Source of the DNA: an uncultured Candidatus Peribacteria bacterium | GTDB taxonomy: Bacteria > Patescibacteriota > Gracilibacteria > Peribacterales > Peribacteraceae | Length of the DNA stretch: 64,000 nucleotides | Direction of reading: 5' to 3' | NCBI GenBank assembly: GCA_964434575.1 | Contig: CAYSWB010000007.1 | Location: 4,702 to 68,701, forward strand | Shown here: piece by piece, positions 54,501 through 60,900 of the stretch | Numbering within the stretch: the first letter of the stretch is position 1 | Layout of the letters: every line of letters begins with the position of its first letter | Notes under the pieces: generated by a model | Databases searched by the model: none | Told to the model about the DNA's origin: nothing | The model's input: the letters and a program-made list of their open reading frames with translations, nothing else | Translations under genes and position numbers: made by a program

Positions 54501-56456
54501 GCCGCCTTTGCCGCGCAACACGACGCCTCCGCCGAAATCGACGGGGGCGGAATCGCCCTGTACCCGGATCGGCGCAAAGCGGCCGTTGCTGCGCAGCAGG
54601 TTCAGGTCCACCGAACGGCGCAGCCCGCGGGCTTGGGCGAGCAAATCGGAGTCGCGGTTGCCGGCCTGGCGGTCCACCGCCAGTTTGGTCGCGTCCTGGT
54701 CGCGGCCCTCGGCCATCGCCAGCTCCACCGGCGTCAGCTGGTTGCGCGCCTTCAGGCCGCCGATCGCCTCGGCGACGCGCTTGCCGAGATCGGGGTCCAT
54801 GCGGGCGATATCCGCGCCGTACTTCTCCCGGATTTTCAGGTAGAAACGGTCGCTCTCTTGCTGCCGGCCTTCGTTCTTCGCGACGGTGGCGTCGAAGATC
54901 GTAAGCGCGGCCTCGAAGTGGAACATGATCTGCTGCAGTCCGGCGATGACCTGTTGTTCTTTTTGGATGGTTTCGCGCGCGGAGCGGATGTTCTTCACCA
55001 GGCGTTCGACCTTCGCCTTGTCGGCGTCTTTGCGTGTTTCATCGGCGAGGTTCTTGGTTTCGTTCTGGATGAACGTCTGTGTGCTTTCGATGTTGCGCTG
55101 CGGCTCCAGCGTGCGGTCGAGCACGAATTCGTACTTGCGGCGGATGAGGTCCTCCGGTTTACCCAGCAGGTACGCGTGCGTCACACTTACGGCCTGCGTG
55201 GGCGTCGGTTGCGGGGGCAGCACGCCGCGGCCCAGCTGCGTCGCGAGCTGCCGCATGTCCACGGGCGGGCGGAACGGAAAGCCGCTGGATTCGCAGATGG
55301 CGGGACTCAGCTTGTTGACCAGCGACACGCGCGACACGACCAAGCGCAGCGTGGTCTCGCCGTACCGCTCCGTCGCCGTCTTCACGTATTCCTCCATGGT
55401 TTTGGGGTCGAGCGGCGAGTCCGTGGTGAGCTGCTCGAACAGCTGCCGCACGGTGGTCTTCGGCGCGTCCGCCCCAAGCTCGGCCTGCTCGCCCCGCAGT
55501 CTGGCGTACTCGGTGCGGTAGCCCGGGAGCGCGTCTTCGATCGCTTTGATGCGCGCGGAAATGAGCTCGCCGGACTTGTCGTTCAGCATCCCCTGGTTCG
55601 GATACCGGGCCAGGTGGACGCGCTCTTCTTCGTTGGCGTCGATGAGCAGCTCCAGGGTTTCCACGACTCTCTGCGCGACGACCGGCGACGCGGACCTGGC
55701 GGTGTTGAACGTGATCCACGCCTGGTCGGAGCGGTCGCGCAGCGCCTGCATGGTGGCCTGGTCCCTCGGTAACGCGGCCAGCACGTCGTTGCGCTCTTTG
55801 CGGTAGCCGACAAGCGCGGCCTCGATGGCCGCACAGCGCTGCTGGACGGTGCCGCCCATGACGGCGTCGTTCCAGTCGGGCGGCTTCACGCCATCGCGCA
55901 GGTACGCCAGTTCGGCCTCGTTGGCGCGGATGACTTCGTCGCAGGCGCTGGCATGCGCCAGGCCGCCGACCTTGCGCGCGTTGACCAGCGTCACGTTGTA
56001 CGCGTCGTCCGAACGCTTGCGCAGCTGCTGGAAGCTGACGGGCCCGGCGGCATACCGGCGCACCTCGCGGACATCCTCGGGCCGCAACGATTCCAGGAAC
56101 CGGTCGATCGAGGCGCTGAATTCGGGGATGCCGGAATCCAGGTTGTCGTCATTCACGTTCACCAGCCGCCCCGCCAATCCGCCCTCCGCATCGTTGCAGG
56201 CCTTCTCCAGCGCGGGCCAGTTCGGGTTGCGCATGTCTTTGCCGATTTCCACGTGCAACCTGAGCTGGCGGATGCGCGCCTGGAGCTCGTTCACGCGGTT
56301 GATGTACGTCTTGGTGCGCTCGGCGATCTGCTCTTCGGTCGCGCCGCCGCGGCCTTCGACCTTGCCGTCGGCTTTGTTATCCAACCTGTCGAGCCTTTGC
56401 TGCTGACGCTGGATGTTGGTTTCATTCGATGCCGACTCCGGTCCGGGAGGCATCAT
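48534..56456 (-). CDS. giant protein (2640 aa): helical N-region, beta-rich modules, central TM segments, about 10 small beta-rich repeats, C-terminal calpain-like cysteine protease
   Basis: A single uninterrupted ORF with protein-like composition throughout. The N-terminus is hydrophilic with no signal peptide. There is a hydrophobic stretch at aa 1226-1270. The C-terminal motifs are QQNVGNCYLVASLHSL, FTHAYSI and VVNPHD. Confidence 0.85.
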   Translation of the reverse strand: MMPPGPESASNETNIQRQQQRLDRLDNKADGKVEGRGGATEEQIAERTKTYINRVNELQARIRQLRLHVEIGKDMRNPNWPALEKACNDAEGGLAGRLVNVNDDNLDSGIPEFSASIDRFLESLRPEDVREVRRYAAGPVSFQQLRKRSDDAYNVTLVNARKVGGLAHASACDEVIRANEAELAYLRDGVKPPDWNDAVMGGTVQQRCAAIEAALVGYRKERNDVLAALPRDQATMQALRDRSDQAWITFNTARSASPVVAQRVVETLELLIDANEEERVHLARYPNQGMLNDKSGELISARIKAIEDALPGYRTEYARLRGEQAELGADAPKTTVRQLFEQLTTDSPLDPKTMEEYVKTATERYGETTLRLVVSRVSLVNKLSPAICESSGFPFRPPVDMRQLATQLGRGVLPPQPTPTQAVSVTHAYLLGKPEDLIRRKYEFVLDRTLEPQRNIESTQTFIQNETKNLADETRKDADKAKVERLVKNIRSARETIQKEQQVIAGLQQIMFHFEAALTIFDATVAKNEGRQQESDRFYLKIREKYGADIARMDPDLGKRVAEAIGGLKARNQLTPVELAMAEGRDQDATKLAVDRQAGNRDSDLLAQARGLRRSVDLNLLRSNGRFAPIRVQGDSAPVDFGGGVVLRGKGGGRLPFNAEDFENPREKFTKQAKEFLLSQNGQNGVTVKRVGDGANDFFALYSVETATVKGTFSCGIGGEWHFNQEKPSYRVGYPDGNWFTDPAIPEGERKALNAICRGLVERSDPEVRRRREAREAGPELGSYQAADNRELFERRQFADTSFTVAEYDSYSGRYEGQSVPVELTTSRTIGFRGTPLYKVGVQGKEHLVAFDESFIMKLGGAPRGFTAVLRRQPSKPTFGNVIRVPSNDLRTPPRYQQLVTTFDTLKADDLAFVRIGRSVEEMREVERRGLEVLTKSGGEVSIQRNWDRTDSPIDFDTRVRVKSGGLTVEYVFSSTDGVWLCRETERDGKNFDDPRNVLGSNRGLHGVDVRYSTPPDGGRVAINTINQQLSGIEGGMNGRSALQVVGEPNPSEPENKLASYSVFVTARNIRFASVDDVEKRNVEDSRDVLRVIDSDPAVRGITADAGKIQGSLNLMQSLFEAGKDGTRRQSLVDLMRQEATSVLGVLRDPTLRTNVNKAKGRLQELRRVNTGVDKTALDQEIDKRIKALEDLEAMLSKPDLEVFCANIVDKSSYDVSTFWTWLEENIVLIITVAIVVLAIVVSVFTLGITSPLAIAAISATAGVLTSEVVSEARFQLHQEFDEDVRSGKVTYRARSRTGAFARAVIKDEKIFNPETGREEHVDALKHFIEPLAQQFAEQFATSLAFAGAGAVIGKSLTLLANSKIMQGLATRSPVVNRIFTYFGKIEQQATKGVTTKQFLRSWVLETAQEVGEEKMQDVVGDWSVLFIIAGQNFKPKTPGNPQARVMPTFEYQTNGDPTKAVADVVAWATMEGGNVSVDVSGTITVELDGRTIVLVPDTAGASVTPETRPETRAEGVKLAAAAKADPGQMAALKEFLIQNDVDDATRVLIAEALIGRTLNDTERKALLDAHNAPGVIDNLTGAQMFGKARILLPVFGRANAQLLLDAAVCGRSDAFDARRIVPGQEYTIRTPAGKLRVATFVRVQDGKYVFSLDVNGVRAEASLSLNEIVGDKNYAAPRDGGNAFVSDYLRRGGTVTLALPNATGTFVFVRESSSQPDSFVMRNTTTQVEVYVSKSKVYDAVHAEVGYDEVRPPAAGKDIPELTVLTKLEQGLKVKIDGREYVFAGEPSRGKFAMEDTKTGLVKTFTQAEVVDAARAALAAPSSPDAAPGSVTDDAAAKRIAAGLPVEIRGETYVYVRLSRNEPDTYVMKRKSDGEQRRIPIAEAIAAAKVAIQAEANPAAAPKKLSKQERRAEQDVVLGREVRIGDAVYTFDGDIDEKGDLLMKNTRTGERARFTRDQVIAGRLLFKEQPAAPEAPLALTDLREGTVYLITRSSGKVERWKYVGGDIGGAPKFTSVDTNEDPSGFPISKVRRAPPDDPLPLADALPDHSDFVQDNLYRMRRSGGAVEEWRYVCPAEDGSGGRPKGRFKRVVDGKTEYRNFHLDVAQLDANGRVQPVREAVPGAVDINGIQVKPGQTLIIRPNVDGTQQELKLDSVDPAQPNIAIVKDASGVLYRIDLQLVRDWQRNTGLKPGERLVVPPIGTAAQDAKGDTVLISSMGPDGKVTVHYDPDSPRIRISRVPYKDLKNILLPLNDENAYIETGYVAPALRRVPRNGEAILLLTPKTSTSPASLEQGWIVRRTASGQLEAYNPTTRRTLPYDAERMFSPQDLRERIPALREAPESEFFRKKLDLLEGGKLPLNRSTFQHLFPPDSDFSQQNVGNCYLVASLHSLRQSPHFEILVRSAVTPIIEELDVPDPNNRGRTIRQKFTVGYDVRVPLGGGPGSKIVRVNDGDLQLAQHTVAHAYFGLNGPVGFQVLEAAYTLSVHGRDGRGQVNRKASTGGLGHEAIQRLLGFDSGEAGHIVGDAANARPISQGEIHSKQKALDFLNSFSVEKHFATANTPRLRNDTFTYTVKDVQGNDVRIHFTHAYSIESVDNVAKTVTVVNPHDTSKPITLRYNAFLETFSDISYVTVDMRRLLK
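48537..49394 (-). other. calpain-like (peptidase C2-type) catalytic domain of the giant protein (aa ~2355-2640)
   Basis: HLFPPDSDFSQQNVGNCYLVASLHSL (Cys2383, codon 49308-49310), HFTHAYSIESV (His2588, 48693-48695) and VTVVNPHD (Asn2606, 48639-48641). The order and local contexts mirror the calpain motifs QG.LGDCW.LAA, GHAYS and RNPWG. Confidence 0.65.
49467..51596 (-). repeat. about 10 tandem 50-60 aa beta-rich modules (coding repeats, aa ~1621-2330)
   Basis: The recurring pattern G..(Y/V).(F/V)......(D/G).(F/Y/L).M/V........(F/I)....V is separated by Pro/Ala-rich linkers. Examples are GREYVFAGEPSRGKFAMEDTKTGLVKTFTQAEVVDA, GETYVYVRLSRNEPDTYVMKRKSDGEQRRIPIAEAI and GDAVYTFDGDIDEKGDLLMKNTRTGERARFTRDQVI. 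Confidence 0.55.
52647..52781 (-). other. central hydrophobic (TM) segments of the giant protein (aa 1226-1270)
   Basis: NIVLIITVAIVVLAIVVSVFTL and SPLAIAAISATAGVLTSEVV. A third weaker hydrophobic stretch lies at aa 1341-1361. Confidence 0.6.
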
Positions 56457-56782
56457 GCGGCGTCGAAGAAATGCTTGAGCTGTTCGTCTTCATCGGCCTT
56501 TTCAAACGGCTCCTCGGCCTTGCTCAGCTGGCTCGCGGCGGCGGCGAACAAGCTATCCAATTGCACAAAGAACGCCGTATCGTTGCGCTTGGAAGCGGCG
56601 TCGATGGTCGCCGCCATCGCCTTCTGCACGACGGCGGGCTCACCCTCCAGGATGGCGCGCAGACGCGCCGCCTGTTCCGCGTTCAGCGACGGCAGCGCGC
56701 GCAGCAGCGCCTGTCGCTGCTTGGGCTTCAGCAGCCGCGACGATTCCACCAGTGTGTTGAGTGTTGGTTTTTGGGCCGACAT
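56453..56782 (-). CDS. small helical protein (109 aa) translationally coupled to the giant gene
   Basis: ATG at 56782 (an in-frame TTG lies at 56836). Its TGA overlaps the giant gene's ATG as ATGA (56453-56456). TGgTATACT (-10 at 56793-56798) lies 10 nt upstream. Confidence 0.6.
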   Translation of the reverse strand: MSAQKPTLNTLVESSRLLKPKQRQALLRALPSLNAEQAARLRAILEGEPAVVQKAMAATIDAASKRNDTAFFVQLDSLFAAAASQLSKAEEPFEKADEDEQLKHFFDAA

Positions 56783-56865
56783 AAATCTCTTGAGTATACC
56801 AGAAAAACGCCGTTTCGTGAAACGTGCTTCCCGCAAGTCGGAGCGGAGAACGGCGCTTTTGGAGC

Positions 56866-57495
56866 CTATTCCGTCAGTGTGTCCTCGTCCGTGAGGGTAT
56901 TGACGAGTCCGTAGAACGCAGCGCGTACGTCGGCCGACAAGCGTCCGATCATCGGAAAAATAATGCCCTCTTTCGTGGCGGCGGCATCGAGTGTTTTTTC
57001 ATGCGGGGAACCGGGCTGTTCGCCGCGCCGATACGGGGCGAAAAATGCCTGCTCGGCATGCTCGGTTTCCGGCGCGATCCAGAGACGTCGTTTCCCCGGG
57101 TGCGCGCCATCGATTGCCACGCGCTGTTCCGGGTGGCCGACGGCAACCCAGAAATGGTACGAGGAACCGGCTTCTTCCGGCGTGACACTTGGCTTCATTA
57201 AGCCATACATAAGCTGTGTCGGCACCGGCAAATCCAGCTCCGCAACGCCATCCAAAATCGCCTGCGCCACAAACCCGCATCCACCGGCCTTCGGCATCGC
57301 CTGGGGAGACATGAACATGGCACGCGTGCCGAGGGCGATTTTCAGCTCATGATTCAGTCTGGCGCGGAGTCCGTCGAGCGCCTGCAAAAACTGGTCTTCT
57401 CGCGGACCAAAATACGCCTGTAAACCGCGCAGCAATTCCGCTTGGGAAAAGTCGCCCCCATCGAACGGTTTTTGCGACGGATACTGCGTACTCAT
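56866..57495 (-). CDS. paralog B of the conserved-Cys/His/Asp protein (209 aa)
   Basis: See paralog A. Motifs are KAGGCGFVAQ, SYHFWVAVGHPEQRVAIDGAHP and FAPYRRGEQP. The start is set at the ATG at 57495, which abuts an AT-rich promoter. The longer ORF to 57612 runs through that promoter. Confidence 0.7.
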   Translation of the reverse strand: MSTQYPSQKPFDGGDFSQAELLRGLQAYFGPREDQFLQALDGLRARLNHELKIALGTRAMFMSPQAMPKAGGCGFVAQAILDGVAELDLPVPTQLMYGLMKPSVTPEEAGSSYHFWVAVGHPEQRVAIDGAHPGKRRLWIAPETEHAEQAFFAPYRRGEQPGSPHEKTLDAAATKEGIIFPMIGRLSADVRAAFYGLVNTLTDEDTLTE

Positions 57496-57501
57496 ATATA
57501 T

Positions 57502-57529
57502 ACCATACAATATTTTATAATATATGCAA
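57502..57529 (-). promoter_or_regulatory. leaderless-type promoter of paralog B
   Basis: On the minus strand: TTGCAT (57529-57524), 16 nt, TATGGT (57507-57502), 6 nt, ATG(57495). Confidence 0.5.
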
Positions 57530-57612
57530 TATCGACAGTGATCCGCGTCGTGTCCCGGGACTTCTGAAACAACCGTTTTTCTGCTATGATTGTATGAAAA
57601 TCCAACATCCAC

Positions 57613-57915
57613 ATGACTCTCGACGATTTCATTGCCCGCGCGAAAACTTGGACGCTGTTTCCCGCCGATATTTTGGAGGCGGCCGTGAACGACGCGTTTT
57701 TCCTAGTCTTTGACGAGCGCGCCGTGCTTGCCGCAAAGCTCGACAGCATCCATACGGCATGCCGGCGAATCGATGCCGAACGCTTCCGGCGCTTCGCGGC
57801 GGCCGAGCAAGCGTTGGACGACATCCGCCGCGCGACGCTCCCCGTCGTCTATGCGGCGGTCGAACAGAGCGAGAGGGACCAGGCGTTGGACGACATCACC
57901 AAGCAATTCGAATGA
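57613..57915 (+). CDS. small helical protein (100 aa) translationally coupled to the 1513-aa gene
   Basis: ATG start at 57613. Its TGA overlaps the next ATG as ATGA (57912-57915). Composition is helical. Confidence 0.6.
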   Translation: MTLDDFIARAKTWTLFPADILEAAVNDAFFLVFDERAVLAAKLDSIHTACRRIDAERFRRFAAAEQALDDIRRATLPVVYAAVEQSERDQALDDITKQFE

Positions 57916-60900
57916 CGCTCTTCTCCGAGCACCGGCTCCTTCATCTCGCGGGCGGCGAAGGCCCCAGCGGCGATGTCGAGCGGAAGGAAAAAGCCGTGAA
58001 ATCCGCTTCCGCCAGCGAACCGGTCGAACCGGGGCGCGAAGGGTTTGAGAAGGACACGAAAGAAGTCGGCGCAATGCTGCTGAAGGCCGACCCGACCGGC
58101 AAAAAAGTGGAGAAGCCCCTGAAGGAGCTGACGGCGACGCGTGAAAAAGTCCTGAAGGAAGACGACAACCTGCAAAAAGAAAAAAAGGTTGAGATCGAAG
58201 GCGCCCGCAAGGTCGTGGACGAGTCTAGGCCACGGTCTGCGGAACGTCCGACCATCCCCGCCGACGCCTCGGTGCTGCCCGAAGACGTGAACATCCGCGA
58301 CAGCCGTCTGAACGGCTACCAGCTCCGCACCATCGGCGGCGTCATCATCGCCGCGAAACCCGGCAATCCGCAGATCTTCTCGGTCGAACCGGGTATCGGC
58401 GCGACGGTGACGCTCACCGAACTCGTCGGCAACACGAAGCAGCGCTTCGCGATCCTGCTGACGTTCGTCGGCAACCAGCGCTTGGTGGACGGAGCATCGC
58501 TCCCGGGCGCTGAGACGGCGTACAACTACGGCCGGCGCGGCGATTCCCTTATTCGCTACGCGAAGAACGGAGCGGAAACGCTGGTCGTGAACCCGCAGTT
58601 CGACGACAACTGGCGTCCGCTGTACCAGCAAGTCGTGGAAATGCAGGAGAACGTCGGCAGCAGCGCGTTGCAGCAGGGAGGCTACCGCCAGGAAGGCGAC
58701 GGTACGTGGAAGAAGGCGGGATCGCCGTGGCAGTTCCGCGCCGACGGCACGGGCCGCTGGCTGGTCCGCAACGGCACGGGGCCACTCATGCCCGTCGAAA
58801 CCACCAACGTCGCGCCGGAAGACCCCGAACTGGGCGTGTTCCAGAACCTGGGCGCTGCACTGCGCATCACCAACGAGGGCGTGCAGGCGCGCCTGAACAG
58901 CGACAACGCTCAATCCATCAAGCGCGAAGGCGCCGTGCAGATCCTCAAACTCGGTGCAAAGCCGTATGACGGCGAAGGCGGCGGCTGGGAGTACAGCACC
59001 GGCTTCAGCGTGAACGTGAACCCCCAATTTCAATTCGTCGGCGGCCGCTGGGCCGTCCGCTGGTTCACATCCGAAGCATGGAGCGACCCCGGCTCGCGCC
59101 GCGCGGCATCGGGAGGCGGTGAAGAGGCGATCAACAACATCCTGTCGTATCTGGCCGGACTGAACGAACGCATCGGACGCGGCGTGCCGCTCACGTTCGC
59201 GCGCCCGCCGGAACAGAGGCCGGTGACCGTCGCCCCGCTGGTGCCCAAGGCCCAACAGGAAGCGGCTGCGCAACCCGACCCGACCGAGGGTATGACCGAG
59301 GAACAGAAGGATGCGTATAAGGAAAGCATCATCAAGCAGTTCGTCGAAAAAGAGCAGCAAACCGGCGTTGCCGCGGAGGCGTACGACAAGAGCAAGAACA
59401 CCAAAGACCTGCTCTCCGTGATCAGCAGCATGCAAGGCGAGCTGGAATTTTTGCGCCAGAACAGCAAGTTGATGGATAAGGAGGCTCCGGCGGCCAAAAC
59501 CGCATTCGAGCGACTGCTGCAGCGTCGCACACAGACATTGGAAGCCGCGCTGAAGCAGCTGGAACCAGTGGTTCGTGACCTGGCACAACGCTCCGAAGCA
59601 GGCATCCGCCGCGCACGCGCCAAAATCATGGAAGTCATCGGCCGCGAGCGGCAGCAGATCATCAACGCCTACGAGCAGCGCGCCGCCGGCGGCACGTTCG
59701 GCTCGTTGAAAACCGGCCTCACCGGCTCGGACCCGTATGCGCTCTTGATCACGGATGCCGAAATGACGATCTCGCGCATGAACCTGTCGCTGGACCGCCT
59801 GAACAAAGCCGACGCCGAGCCCGAAGGTCTCGCGAAACTGCGGGCCGTGCAATCGGCGCTCAGCAGCATCGCCATCGCCAACCGTAGCGACGCCGCATTC
59901 TACCAGGAAGTCTTCGCCATCGAGCAGGAAGCCATCACCGTCACGCGTGACGTTACCATCGCGGTCATCACGACGGTGGTGCCCATCGGCGCCGGCGCGG
60001 TATTCAGCGGGCTGAAAACAACCGCCGCGGTGGCCAACACCGCCAATGCCGCCAAAACGCCTCTCTTGGTCGTGTTCCGCCAGGGCGCCGTGGAAGGCGC
60101 TACGCTTGCGGCCCCCGGCGCGGTCGGCAAGGGTGTGGATGACGTCCAACGCGGCGCCAAGACCGTGAAACAGGCCATCGTCGACGGCACCATCGAGGTC
60201 GGCGTGGGTGCGGGATTGGGCGGCGGACTGAAGACCGGATTCACCGCCGGCGGACGTGGCATCAGCGCTCTGCGCGGCAACAAGCCGGCACCCGGCGTCG
60301 AACCCGTGCCGGGCGGCGCCCCAGAGCCCATTCCGGTCGTGAAGCCCAAAGTCGGACCAGACGGTATTCCGTTCGTGAAACCCAAGCCCATCGGTGCAGA
60401 TGGCATTCCGGTCGTGAAGCCCAAACCCATCGGCACCGACGGCATTCCGGTGGTCAGGCCGAAACCGAAGATCGGACCGGACGGTATCCCCATCGTGAAA
60501 CCCAAGCCCGCCACGAGTGCGCCAAAGGCAACGCCGGAACCGCCGGCGCCGAAACCGACCACGCGCCTGGTCGGCAAAGCGGACCTGCCGAAGGTAACCG
60601 TCAACCAGCTCAACAAGCGCTACACGGAAATCGTTTCCGGTACCGCCAAGAACGTGCAAAAAAACGAACTCGCCACGCTGCGCGCCGAATTCGCCCGCCG
60701 CGGCATCGCGCCGCCGACCGTGAAGAGCGGCCCAGTGCAGGTAAACCCTCTGCCCGACGCCATCGGCCCCACGCCCGCCACGAACCTCTTGCCGGCTGCC
60801 GGCCGCCCACTGCGCGACACCACGCTCCGCACCGCCACCGATGCGCGCGTCATTGCGCGCTACCAGGCGCTTGTCGGCCGCCGCGCCGCGCCGCGTCCCG

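Noticed and set aside
50775-55772. 1665-aa plus-strand ORF (with others at 48840-49949, 55953-56894 and so on) opposite the giant gene
   Set aside because: This is an antisense shadow ORF in GC-rich DNA. The translation is dominated by R/G/A/H/L/V runs with no motifs. The minus strand encodes a continuous protein-like sequence with a recognisable protease domain.
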